Both the position numbers and the translations under genes were made by a program. The notes below the pieces were generated by a model, which saw only the letters and a list, made by a program, of their open reading frames with translations, had not been told where the DNA came from and ran no database searches. From an uncultured delta proteobacterium (GTDB taxonomy: Bacteria > Desulfobacterota > Syntrophobacteria > Syntrophobacterales > Syntrophobacteraceae): DNA of 64,000 bases. The stretch lies in assembly GCA_963808625.1 (NCBI GenBank), contig CAWEHK010000030.1, positions 40,062 to 104,061 on the forward strand, written 5' to 3'. Below are positions 54,054 through 64,000 of this stretch, piece after piece (position 1 is the first letter of the stretch; each line of letters opens with the position of its first letter).

Positions 54054-56213
54054 ATGTCGGGAAACCTCTCCGCTGACATCATCGTACTTCCGCCTGTCTT
54101 GCCGCATAAAGTTTTTGCAAGGGGTCCGGGATTTATTTTTGTTCTTGGCGTGTTCTGCTGTCTTGTCGCTCTTCCCGCAAGCACCTTTGGAAGAACTATA
54201 TATGTGGACAAATCATCTCCTTGCGGCGATGGCTGTGATGGATCGGACTGGAGCCATGCCTTTCATAACATCCAGGACGGCATAGATACGGCTTCAGCAG
54301 TTGGGGACGAGGTGCTGGTTGCGGAGGGGGTTTATCACGAAGCTCTCGTTACAAAGCACCCCAACATTACACTGCGTGGTGAAGAGAATATCACTAATAC
54401 TATGGGTGCAATTGTTGATTCAAAAGGATTAAGTCGTCATACTATCATAATCAATCATGACGGAATCGGCTTGAAAAGGTTAACTTTTAGATCTTGTGAT
54501 CCAGGTAATTATAATCTATTAATTTCTAATGCTTTCACCGTTATCGTAGATGAATGTATCGTTACCATTGGAGAAAGAGCGCTCTCAATATTCAATAGCT
54601 CGGTTATTTTAAATAGATGCCTTATCTCTAATCATAAACCATTGGACGCAAATAACGATGGATTGATTACTATTAAAGGCAACCAAACAAATATTACGTT
54701 CAACTACTGTATTTTTATGAATAATTCGGATCGAGTAACCATTTTAAATGAAGCTTTGGTACATTTCAATAATTGCCTTTTTACGGGTTTTGGATCTGGT
54801 GTTTTAGCATTGAAATCGGGAGCTCCCAGCGTCTACTTAAACAACAGCGTTCTCGTTTCAAATGCCATTGGTAATAATAGCTCGAATATATTAAATAATT
54901 CATCTAATGGGAGTTTGTATCTGGCTAATTGTCTGGTCCACCCCAACCCCAGAAACGGCAACGCGCATAACTGGGTCAATATCAATGATAGTGGTGGAAA
55001 CATTGGGCTTGATGATCAGTACTCCATACCGGCATTTGCATCACCCAGAAAGAAAGCGATTTTGATACTTGGATTGGATGACATTCCGGCCCTCACCGGG
55101 AGAAATTCGTTCTATGAAAGGTTCGCCAAGACTTGTGAGAAGCGTGGGTTCCGCAGCAGTTACTCCTTGAACACCGAACGTGTCTCGGCATCTGACTGGA
55201 ACAAACTGAGGGCTTTTGTTTCTCGTGGCCATGAAGTTGTGGCCCACAGTCGCACCCATGCACATCTTGGGGACCGCAACGGGATCGCCATAAAATATGT
55301 AGGACCACAAGTGGCGCAGGCTTCTGTGAGTATCGGTGATGGAAGGTTAGTCACAAGGATTGATGGCCGGACCGATCTTAGCCTGGAACTGGGAGACCCT
55401 CAGTACGACACTCTTCTTAATTTAAGCCTCGCTATTGATAAGCTGAAAAATTATGAATGCCGGCTTGAAAATAAATCTCGAGTAGCAAAAAGTTTCTGTC
55501 TGGAAGATTTAAGCGATCAGGATTGCAACCGGAAAGCCGTTCAGATTAAGCTTGACAGAGATCGGTTTTTTGACTGGGAAATTGCCGGAAGCAAGCAAGA
55601 TATTGAGCGGAACATCGGACAAGGCTACCAGTGCAAAGTTGCCTCATTCCCGGCCAATTCTTACGATTACCAATCAAAAGAGGCGTGCAGGATCAGAGGT
55701 TTTCTGGGAGCGAGGGGAGGGGACAGAAGTCAAAAGAACCACAGCCTGGAGGACCTCGATGTCTATGAAATATGGGGAACAACTCCAACAGAACTGATTG
55801 GGAAGACCAACATCAAGCGCAACACATCCGCACTCATAGAATGGATGCGATATGTCGGCGCCATTGTCTTTTTGTATGGCCATGATCACAAAGGATTCCC
55901 AGACGAGTTTTCAATCCCTGAATGGGAGGACCTACTTGATGTTGTTCAGCAGAGTGGAATAACCGTTATGACATTATCCGAGGCGATTGAGCATATCAGG
56001 AATATCCGGGCTGGATTCCTGCCTGAGGGGATCAATGCGGACGGCGAAGGGGTCCGATGGAAGAGAAATCTCCCAGAAACACACGATTACCATATTACAG
56101 GTAACTCCATTCTCATTGATAAGGGAAAACAGTTGGGTCTTCCCTATGACTACTTTGGTAATATTGTCTTCAGAGGAAACATGGTAGATATAGGTATTCA
56201 TGAGTGTCAATAA
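54054..56213 (+). CDS. Secreted beta-helix protein with inserted polysaccharide deacetylase (NodB-like) domain
   Basis: TIYVD...DGSDWSHAFHNIQDGID..GDEVLVAEGVYHE; ILGLDD, GHEVVAHSRTH, EIAGSK, ASFP, FLYGH; end DYHITGNSILIDKG...DIGIHE. Confidence 0.8.
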   Translation: MSGNLSADIIVLPPVLPHKVFARGPGFIFVLGVFCCLVALPASTFGRTIYVDKSSPCGDGCDGSDWSHAFHNIQDGIDTASAVGDEVLVAEGVYHEALVTKHPNITLRGEENITNTMGAIVDSKGLSRHTIIINHDGIGLKRLTFRSCDPGNYNLLISNAFTVIVDECIVTIGERALSIFNSSVILNRCLISNHKPLDANNDGLITIKGNQTNITFNYCIFMNNSDRVTILNEALVHFNNCLFTGFGSGVLALKSGAPSVYLNNSVLVSNAIGNNSSNILNNSSNGSLYLANCLVHPNPRNGNAHNWVNINDSGGNIGLDDQYSIPAFASPRKKAILILGLDDIPALTGRNSFYERFAKTCEKRGFRSSYSLNTERVSASDWNKLRAFVSRGHEVVAHSRTHAHLGDRNGIAIKYVGPQVAQASVSIGDGRLVTRIDGRTDLSLELGDPQYDTLLNLSLAIDKLKNYECRLENKSRVAKSFCLEDLSDQDCNRKAVQIKLDRDRFFDWEIAGSKQDIERNIGQGYQCKVASFPANSYDYQSKEACRIRGFLGARGGDRSQKNHSLEDLDVYEIWGTTPTELIGKTNIKRNTSALIEWMRYVGAIVFLYGHDHKGFPDEFSIPEWEDLLDVVQQSGITVMTLSEAIEHIRNIRAGFLPEGINADGEGVRWKRNLPETHDYHITGNSILIDKGKQLGLPYDYFGNIVFRGNMVDIGIHECQ

Positions 56214-56231
56214 TCAGATCATAAAATAATA

Positions 56232-57656
56232 ATGGGCACAGAGATGTTATCAACACCTACACCAGTCCTTTTTACCAGGAGTGATTTAGTATATACTTTT
56301 AGAGCTGAACTTTTTATTCTACTGAGTGTTTTATTAATTCTTTATATTCCTGCTCCAACTCATGCTGGTTCTGCAGTGTCTGTCGCTATGGCAATTGACA
56401 TGTATGACAATATTGTGGTTGCAGGTGATCTCGAAACTGATACCACAGGGAATGATTATGCTGTTGTCAAGTACGACAAAAACGGAAGAAAGATGTGGGC
56501 ACAGAAGTATAATGGGCCAGGAAATGGTGATGATTATGTAAATGCAATCACTGTTGATAGCTTCGGTAATGTTTATGTGACGGGAGAGTCTTATGATAAA
56601 TTATCAGGTAGTGATTATGCCACTCTCAAATATGATAAAGATGGAAACGAAGTATGGCTTAGAAGATACAATGGACCGGGAAACGGTGATGATGCAGGGA
56701 AATCTATAGCGATTGACAGTTTGGGCAACGTGTTTGTTACCGGATATTCCTACGGTGGCCCTGATCTTTACTTGGATATTGCAACAGTAAAGTACAGTCC
56801 TCAAGGTAATGAGGAGTGGGTACGTAGATTTTGTGGAGAAGCGGGAAAAGGCACTGGTTTTGATGAGGGAGAAACGGTATCCATAGACAAGAAGAACAAC
56901 ATTTATGTTACTGGATATACAAGCGGCTATTCTACAAAATGTGATATAATAACTATTAAGTATGATACACAGGGTAATAGCATTTGGCATAAAAGATATA
57001 ATGGTTCAGGCAGTCAAGATGATTTTTCAAATGCAAGCAAAGTGGATTCGTCAAATTCGCTTGTTGTAGTGGGGGAATCATATGGTGGATACCCTGTGCA
57101 GTTCGATTCACTTCTTATTAGATATTCACCAAGTGGCAAGCTTGGTATCAATAAAGCGTATAACACATATTATAATGGTGGTGATTCAGCCAATGCTATT
57201 GAACTGGATAATAAGCAAAACATATATTTAGCTGGATATTGTTATTCCGGAGCCAAGAGGGGCACGGATTTTTTTACGGCTAAGTACAGCAACCAAGGTA
57301 AGTTGCTGTGGAAAGCAACATACAATGGGCGAACGTCTGGATACGATGAAGCCTTCTCAATTGCTCTAAATGGCCGCGGCAGCATTTTTGTCAGTGGGGT
57401 ATCGTACAGCCCACAAGGTGATGGGGACTTTGCGACCATCAAATACGATCCTCGCGGAAAGGAAGTCTGGGTCAGGAGATATTCCGGCGCAGGCAGCGGC
57501 TACTATGGGGGTGCACGGGCAGCAAGAGTCGACTCTGATGGAAATTTAATCATAACAGGGACCTCGCGCACTATCGGCTCTGGAAATCGTTTTACGACCA
57601 TAAAGTATGGTGATGATGGTCAACTGCTATGGGTGAAGCATTTCGATGGAAATTAA
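56232..57656 (+). CDS. SBBP-repeat beta-propeller protein
   Basis: About 8 repeats of the form AI.VD..GNVYVTG.S...DYAT.KYD..G...W...YNG. Confidence 0.88.
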   Translation: MGTEMLSTPTPVLFTRSDLVYTFRAELFILLSVLLILYIPAPTHAGSAVSVAMAIDMYDNIVVAGDLETDTTGNDYAVVKYDKNGRKMWAQKYNGPGNGDDYVNAITVDSFGNVYVTGESYDKLSGSDYATLKYDKDGNEVWLRRYNGPGNGDDAGKSIAIDSLGNVFVTGYSYGGPDLYLDIATVKYSPQGNEEWVRRFCGEAGKGTGFDEGETVSIDKKNNIYVTGYTSGYSTKCDIITIKYDTQGNSIWHKRYNGSGSQDDFSNASKVDSSNSLVVVGESYGGYPVQFDSLLIRYSPSGKLGINKAYNTYYNGGDSANAIELDNKQNIYLAGYCYSGAKRGTDFFTAKYSNQGKLLWKATYNGRTSGYDEAFSIALNGRGSIFVSGVSYSPQGDGDFATIKYDPRGKEVWVRRYSGAGSGYYGGARAARVDSDGNLIITGTSRTIGSGNRFTTIKYGDDGQLLWVKHFDGN

Positions 57657-57793
57657 GGCCCTGGTGAATTCGACCAACTGTTTGAAGGTGCCCTTTCGCC
57701 AGGGCATTATCAGGAAATGGTCCGAAATAGGGCCGCGCCTTGACGGGTGTGTGGGGCACCTGGCAGGGTGGATCTGGCGCAAAAAAGACAAGC

Positions 57794-58507
57794 CTACGCC
57801 AAAGCACGGGTCATTTCTTGTTGGATGCTCTCGACCACCGAGACGGGGTCCTTCGCCGTGCTGATTGGCCTGCCTACCACAATATGGTCGGCGCCATTCC
57901 GTATGGCTTCCATGGCCGTAACGATCCGCTTCTGGTCATCTTGCTGCAGGATGTCCCGGTTTACCCCGGGGCGAATCCCTGGAGTAACAATAAGGAACTT
58001 CTCTCCAAGATCGGACCTTAGCCTTTTTGCTTCAAGCCCGGAGGAGATCACGCCGTCGCAACCAAGCTTCATTGCCCGCCTGGCACGCATCAGCACGAAT
58101 TCTTCGAGGTCGATGTCGCGCCCGAACATATCCCGCATGTCTTCCTGTCCGAATGAGGTCAACACCGTAACGGCCAGGATCTTTACGTCGTTTTTGGCGG
58201 CCGCGGCCGCCTCCAGGATTGGTTCATTGCCATGAACGGTGGCAAAGGTCACCCCTCGGCCCTGGAGTTGCTTGACCGCAAGATTCACCGTCTCCGGAAT
58301 GTCGAATAGCTTGAGATCCACCATTACCTTGTGGCCACGATTAACAATCCACTCGATGGTCGGGAACCATCCGGCAAGGAAGAGCTGCAGCCCGACCTTG
58401 TAGAATTTCACATGAGATTCCAAGCGCTTCACCCATTCCTTGGCAAGGTCCTCGGAAGCCAAATCCAGAGCGAAAATAAGCCGTTCTGTCAGCGGGATAT
58501 TTTTCAT
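57794..58507 (-). CDS. pyrF: Orotidine-5'-phosphate decarboxylase
   Basis: RLIFALD, FYKVGLQL, DLKLFDIPETV, LAVTVLTS, VTPGIRP, IVVGRPI. Confidence 0.97.
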   Translation of the reverse strand: MKNIPLTERLIFALDLASEDLAKEWVKRLESHVKFYKVGLQLFLAGWFPTIEWIVNRGHKVMVDLKLFDIPETVNLAVKQLQGRGVTFATVHGNEPILEAAAAAKNDVKILAVTVLTSFGQEDMRDMFGRDIDLEEFVLMRARRAMKLGCDGVISSGLEAKRLRSDLGEKFLIVTPGIRPGVNRDILQQDDQKRIVTAMEAIRNGADHIVVGRPISTAKDPVSVVESIQQEMTRALA

Positions 58508-58804
58508 GATGTTCGCCTCCTGTTAGGGTTTACATTTAACCTTAAACCTTAAGACCTGCCGCTCTGTCAACCACCAAATCCCGCCCGTCCTTCCCGTATG
58601 CCACTCTGCAAGAATTTGAGCCGCAACAACGCCATAGCCGACTCGCCGAATTCGCCGCAGGGCACGTAGTGTGCCGCTGCCGTGAAGTGACAATCTGAGA
58701 ATCTTGGGGCTTCGGTCGGCCCCGAGTTCGGGAAACTCCTTGACACCTTATGGGTGTATCTGGGAATAAGGAAGCAATCCGAACGCAGGGGCAAAGGGGG
58801 AACG

Positions 58805-60684
58805 ATGCGGGAGAATCGAAACCGATCGGCCATCATGATGGGAGTCCTCTATACGGCTTTTGTCAGCTGGTCCCTTTATGGTGCGGTCATTCCCGTGGAA
58901 ACCCACACCTTCCGCATGGTGCACCTGGGCTTCATTTTTGCCCTCGGCTTCATGGCCTATCCGATTTCCCCGAGAGCCGCCCCCTGGTCGGTATGGTTGA
59001 ATCTTGGCCTGGCGGCCCTCGGAGTGGCTGCCATCGTCTACGCCGTCGGCGACCTCGACCAGTTTATCCGGCGCTCCACGCTCCCCGACCCTCTGGACGT
59101 CTTCTTTGGGATCGCCGCGATCCTCCTCCTGCTGGAGCTCTCGCGGCGGGCGGTGGATAACACCTTCACCCTGGTGGTGCTGGGCTTCCTGCTCTACACT
59201 TATTTCGGCCGCTATTTTCCCGGCGCCCTGTCTCACCGCGGGTATGAAATCGACCGGATTGTCGGGCATATGTATATGACGCTCGAAGGCCTTTTCGGTG
59301 TGCCCATTTCCGTCAGCGTCTCCTTCGTCCTGCTCTTTGTGGTCTATGGCACCTTTATGGATGTGGCCGGCGCCGGCAACTTCTGGCTGGACCTGTCCCT
59401 GGCGACCATGGGCCGCACTTCCGCCAGTGCGGGCCGCGGTGCCCTTGTCACCACGGCCCTTCTGGGCGGACCGCAGGCAAGCGGGGTGGCCACCACCATT
59501 TCGGTGGCCCCCATCATGTGGCCCATTCTCAGGACCGCCGGTTATTCGGCGAACATGGCCGCCGGTTTGATTTCGGCAGGCGGCATCGGCGCCGTCATCT
59601 CGCCGCCGCTCATGGGAGCTGCGGCCTTTCTCATCATGCAATTTTTGAATGTCACGTTTCTTGAGGTGGTCGTCATGGTGACCGTCCCGACCCTCCTCTA
59701 CTACCTGGGCACCTTTTTCGTGATCGAGCTGGAAGCCCGGAAATGTAATTTCATCCCTCCCGAGGCGGAAGCCAAGACGGTGTGGCAGGTCATGAAAACC
59801 AAGGGGTATCACCTGATCTCGCTGGTGGTGCTCGTCCTGCTCCTGGCCGTTTGGAACAAATCACCCGAATATGCCGCCATGGGGGCCCTGGTGGTCACCG
59901 TGCTCACCAGCTTCCTCAGCAGGGACCGAAACGAATGGCTGACGCCGGTGAAAATTGTCGAGGCGATTATCGAGGGCGGTAAGAACGTGCTGCCGGTTGC
60001 CATCCTGCTGGCTGCCGCCGGGTTGATCGTCGGGACCTTTACCCTCACCGGCCTGGGGCTTAAAATCTCGGGCCTCATCATGTCGGCGAGCGGCGGTTCG
60101 AGGATCCTGGCCATTCTGCTCGCCACCCTGGCCTCCATGATCATTGGTTTGAGCCTGCCCATTACGGCTACTTACATCATGACCGTGGTCATGGTCGCCC
60201 CGGCGCTCGTGAAAGTCGGTGTTTCGGTCCACGTCGCGCACCTGCTGGCGTTTTATTTCGCGGTGCTCTCGGAGGTATCCCCCCAGTGGGTCTCTCCCCC
60301 TCAGCGGCGGCGGCAATCACCGGAGGGAATCCGTTCGGAGCGATGATGCAGGCCTGGAAGTATTCGCTGCCCGCCTTCCTGGTGCCGTTTTTCTTTTCGG
60401 CCACCCCGGAGGGCGCGAATCTCCTCATCGTGGACGCAACCCTGCCCGGTTTTGTCATGGCGACCATCAACAGTGCGGCTGCCCTGGCACTTTTCTCCCT
60501 CGGAATTGTGGGCAATTTCGTGGGTCCTCTGAATCCGGTGAAACGGGGCATCCTGATCACGGCAGCCGTGGCCATGGCATTGTTCCCCATCGGCCTGTCG
60601 TTCCAGGGATTGGCGCCCTTGACTGCCGGCGTGCTGGTTGTCCTGCACCATCTTTGGGCGCACCGTCGGAAAGACCAGCAATAG
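58805..60684 (+). CDS. TRAP transporter fused 4TM/12TM permease (frameshift near 60290)
   Basis: LELSRR, EGLFGVPI, SPPLMGAAAF, IIGLSLPITATYI, HLLAFYFAVLSEVSP, AFLVPFFF. Confidence 0.92.
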
Positions 60685-60741
60685 AGGCACGGACGCCCCT
60701 GGATGGCAAGGGGGCGTCCAGAAATGAGAGGCGTTTTTTCG

Positions 60742-60790
60742 CCACGAAGAACACGAAGTGATCTCTTCGTGCTCTTCATGTTCTTTGTGG
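60742..60790. repeat. Short 9-nt periodic inverted repeat
   Basis: ccacgaagaacacgaag..cttcgtgctcttcatgttctttgtgg. Confidence 0.7.
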
Positions 60791-60887
60791 TTCGGAAAAG
60801 GACTGAAATGAGTGCAAGTTGTTTTTGGACCGTTTCCAGGTAGCGAAACCAATGGTCAAGATTAACTCATACTCAAGGAGGATTGTC

Positions 60888-61880
60888 ATGAGACGTCGAG
60901 AGGTTAGGATTGTAGCCGGGAGCATTGCCCTTTTCGCCCTGTTGGCCCTGGCGGCGCCCGGGGTGCAGGCGCAGAGCAAATTCTCCTTCAGCATCGCCAC
61001 GGGCGGAACCGGAGGGGTATGGTATCCGCTGGGGGGTGCCATCGGGGGGCTGATTGGGACCAGCGTTCCCAATACCGAAGCGACTTCCGAGGCCACCACG
61101 GCGGCCATCGACAACCTCAAGCTGCTTACCGCCGGCCGCGTGGGCATGGCGTTCTGTTATGACTACCACGTGGTCTGGGCAAACGCGGGCAAGGTGCCCG
61201 GCCTCTCCGGCCAGCACCCGGTGCGGCTGGTCCTGGGCTTCTATGAACAGCCGCTCCACCTTGTCACCAGGGATGGCACCGGGATCACCAGCGTCATGGA
61301 CCTCAAGGGCAAGCGGGTGTCCACCGGGGCGCCCAACAGCGGCACCGAGGAGCAGGCCGATTACGTGCTCAAGGCCCTCGCTCTTGATTGGAACAAGGAC
61401 TTCAGCCGCGAGAAACTGGGGGCCACCGAGTCCGTGGCAGCTCTGAAGGACGGGAAGATCCAGGCTTTCTTCTGGAGCGGGGCCGTGCCCACTTCGTCCA
61501 TCATCGATCTCGCCTCCACGCCTGGCCTGAAGTTGGTGCTGCTCCCGGTGGACGGTGAGGTTCGCGACAAGATCATGAAAGCGAACCCCGGTGTCTTCCA
61601 CGCGACCGTTTTTCGGAAAGGCGTCTACTCAGGGCTGGAAAGCGATGTCCCGGGCATTGCCATCACCGCCGTCTTGACCGCCATGGATGGCTTCCCCTCG
61701 GACCGGATGTATGAAATCGTAAAGACCATTTTCTCGGGAACGCAGGAGCTGTCTGCGGTATGGAAGGACGCAACGAAGATGACCCCCGAGACGGCAGTCA
61801 ATCAGGTGATCCCGGACGCGTTGGGCTTTCTCCATCCCGGGGCGCAGAAATACTTCAAGGAAAAGGGTGTGTTGAAATAG
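60888..61880 (+). CDS. TAXI family TRAP solute-binding protein
   Basis: SIATGGTGGVWYPLGG, DLKGKRVSTGAPNSGTE, ALKDGKIQAFF, LHPGAQKYFKE. Confidence 0.93.
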   Translation: MRRREVRIVAGSIALFALLALAAPGVQAQSKFSFSIATGGTGGVWYPLGGAIGGLIGTSVPNTEATSEATTAAIDNLKLLTAGRVGMAFCYDYHVVWANAGKVPGLSGQHPVRLVLGFYEQPLHLVTRDGTGITSVMDLKGKRVSTGAPNSGTEEQADYVLKALALDWNKDFSREKLGATESVAALKDGKIQAFFWSGAVPTSSIIDLASTPGLKLVLLPVDGEVRDKIMKANPGVFHATVFRKGVYSGLESDVPGIAITAVLTAMDGFPSDRMYEIVKTIFSGTQELSAVWKDATKMTPETAVNQVIPDALGFLHPGAQKYFKEKGVLK

Positions 61881-61924
61881 ACCGCGATTCGGCTCTGCGC
61901 GAGCGGCATGGTCTCCGGTTGCGC

Positions 61925-62458
61925 GTGAAACAAATCGGTTTGGCAGTGATCGCCGTGCTCGGGATGCTGTCGCTGGTTCCCGCAGACAGGCACACGCTTG
62001 TTGCCCTCAGAGAAGCTGAAACCGGCAGAAAGGTTTTTTCCGCCGTGCTGCGGGAGGGCGAGCAGGCGGTGATGACGTGGAGAAACTCGCTCTTCGGCCT
62101 TGACGTAACCGAAGTGTTTCAGGCTCGACAAGGCGCGCTGGTCCTCGACCAGGTCACCTTCGCCGATCCCCGGGGACTGGCCCCTCCTGTGGTGGCACCG
62201 GCGGAGGTAGACGATCTCTATCACACCGGGGGGCCATTCACGGCCAGCGGGCTCGGTAAGTCCTTTCGCCGGGTCACCTACCGTATTGGTAAGATCGGCA
62301 ATCCAAAGCTGAAGATCCGCGACCGGACCGTGGTCTTCATCGAGGAGGTCGGGTTCGGGGGCGCCATCATCCTTTCCGCCGCCCCGCCGACCTGGCTCGA
62401 CGTCCTTCTTCACTCTTGTGGTGAGTTGCTTTTGGGTGCCGCCGCGCCGAGGGTGTGA
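61925..62458 (+). CDS. DUF1850-like TAXI-TRAP accessory protein (start uncertain)
   Basis: N-terminal TM segment, MTWRNSLFGLDVTEVF; usual position beside TAXI genes. Confidence 0.7.
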   Translation: MKQIGLAVIAVLGMLSLVPADRHTLVALREAETGRKVFSAVLREGEQAVMTWRNSLFGLDVTEVFQARQGALVLDQVTFADPRGLAPPVVAPAEVDDLYHTGGPFTASGLGKSFRRVTYRIGKIGNPKLKIRDRTVVFIEEVGFGGAIILSAAPPTWLDVLLHSCGELLLGAAAPRV

Positions 62459-62466
62459 CGACGCAT

Positions 62467-62710
62467 TTATACCCGTTAAGGTCCAGATGTTTACTTTTCC
62501 ACCACAGAGCGCGCAGAGGCCGAAGAGAGGACCCTTGGCTTGCTCTGCGAACCTTAGCGTGCTTTGCAGTTATACCTGTTTAGTTTGAAAAGTTACCGTC
62601 TTTGACTCACGCGGAGACGCGGAGATCGCGGAGAAAGACCATTCTCATAAAGCTCTGCGTCCTCTGCGGCTCCGCGTGAAAATGAAACTTGTGTACCTTT
62701 GCGAGTATAA
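62467..62710. mobile_element. MITE family D copy (62569-62710) preceded by a partial related unit
   Basis: Homologous to 8701-8843; partial unit ttatacccgtt...caccacagagcgcgcagag at 62467-62568. Confidence 0.75.
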
Positions 62711-62767
62711 TTGGCAAGTCTGCAAAAATGAAGGTTTTCAGCCTAACGATTGTAAAATATAGAACTG

Positions 62768-64000
62768 TCACCAGGCGGCGACCTGACCGTCGGTGCGCGG
62801 TTCACTCCCCCCAGCCAGGACCCCGTCTTCGCTGCGCCAAATGATCTGACCTCGGCCGAAATCACGATCGCCAACCTCGCCCCGTTTGACGTCATGCCCC
62901 ATGCGCAGCAGGACTTCGGCCACATGCTCGGGAAAGTGCGCCTCCACCTCGACCGTCCTGCCTTCCCGCCAGCGGAAACGGGGAGCATCGAGCGCGGCCT
63001 GCGGGTTAAGCTGGAAATCGACGGTGTTCATGACCACCATCACATGACCCTGGGGCTGGATAAAGGCGCCCATGACGCCAAAGGGCCCGAGGGCCTTCCC
63101 ATCCTTTGTCAGGAATCCGGGGATGATGGTGTGATAGGGCTTCTTGCCGGGTTCGAGGCAGTTGTCATGGTCGGGATTGGAGGAGAAGCAGTACCCCCGG
63201 TTGTGGAGAGCGATACCGGTGCCGGGAATGACTATACCTGAGCCAAATCCCTCGTAGTTGCTTTGGATATAAGAAACCATGTTTCCTTCCCCGTCAGCGG
63301 TGGCCAGATACACCGTGCCGCCGCTATGGGGCTTTCCGGGCGGCGGAGTAAGCGCCTTCTCGGTGATGAGTCCGCGCCGTTCAGCAGCGTAGTCTTTCGA
63401 CAGCAGGTCCGCGACTTTGACCTTCATGCTGCGAATATCGGCGATGTATTTGAGGCCGTCAGCGAAAGCCAGCTTGACCGCCTCGATTTGCCGGTGATAG
63501 GTCTCGGCGGCTTCCTTCGCCCGGAATTCGAAACCCTTCAGAATGTTCAGCGCCATGAGTGCTACAATGCCGTGCCCGTTGGGCGGGATTTCCCAGACGT
63601 CGTATCCCCGGTAGTTGACGCGTATCGGCTCGACCCACTCGGGTTTAAAGGCAGCGAGGTCGGCGGCGACAAGATAGCCGGAGTAGCGGTGACAGAAAAC
63701 CTGGATCTTCTCTGCCAGGTCGCCTCGGTAGAAGATCTCGGCATTGGTTTCGGCAATCGCCGCCAGAGTCGCCGCCTGATCCGGCGATCGCCACACTTCA
63801 CCGGCTACCGGGGCCCGGCCCCGGGGCGCGAAGGCTTCAAACCACGGCTGAAACTCTTCCCCATGCTGGGCCCGGTAAACGGTGACGGCTGCCTGCCATC
63901 GGTCCCCAACCACCGGGGATACCGGGAACCCCTGCTCGGCGTACTCGATGGCCGGACGCAGGCTTTCCGTCAGCGGAAGTCGCCCGAACCGCCGGGCAAG
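62768..64000 (-). CDS. ggt: Gamma-glutamyltransferase family protein (5' part beyond window)
   Basis: EIPPNGHG, GTVYLATADGEGNMVSYIQSNY, ALHNRG, PYHTIIPG, GVMGAFIQPQG, SEPRTDG. Confidence 0.95.
   Translation of the reverse strand, partial: LARRFGRLPLTESLRPAIEYAEQGFPVSPVVGDRWQAAVTVYRAQHGEEFQPWFEAFAPRGRAPVAGEVWRSPDQAATLAAIAETNAEIFYRGDLAEKIQVFCHRYSGYLVAADLAAFKPEWVEPIRVNYRGYDVWEIPPNGHGIVALMALNILKGFEFRAKEAAETYHRQIEAVKLAFADGLKYIADIRSMKVKVADLLSKDYAAERRGLITEKALTPPPGKPHSGGTVYLATADGEGNMVSYIQSNYEGFGSGIVIPGTGIALHNRGYCFSSNPDHDNCLEPGKKPYHTIIPGFLTKDGKALGPFGVMGAFIQPQGHVMVVMNTVDFQLNPQAALDAPRFRWREGRTVEVEAHFPEHVAEVLLRMGHDVKRGEVGDRDFGRGQIIWRSEDGVLAGGSEPRTDGQVAAW

Overview
GC-rich bacterial chromosomal window. 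Gene content and repeat families suggest a Desulfobacterota/deltaproteobacterium such as Syntrophobacterales (inference). Many ordinary genes carry 1-bp frameshifts, most likely long-read assembly errors. The backbone includes a B12-binding radical SAM gene, rpiB-pfk-tkt, acs, hisF, ltrA, cbiA-cbiP-cbiB-cobD, ino1, ogt, a prmA-like gene, mucR, pcm, degQ, a long RelA/SpoT homolog, tRNA-Gln and tRNA-Glu, pyrF, a TAXI-TRAP transporter and ggt. There are two accessory regions. (1) 13.4-22.9 kb is a run of co-oriented unrelated genes separated by attC-like hairpins, with no integron integrase in view (candidate CALIN). It carries a signal-less gingipain-like C25 protease, a pseudo-metallopeptidase, a CHAT protease coupled to an unknown beta-rich protein (candidate protease-activated pore former), a methyltransferase and a ParE-type toxin-antitoxin pair. 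(2) A 5.4-kb integrase/HicAB element sits in tRNA-Glu with a 25-bp att duplication, followed by gene remnants and AT-rich surface-protein genes. Intergenic DNA is dense with MITEs that carry REP-like palindromes and with 7-nt and 9-nt periodic repeats, some translated in frame inside genes.
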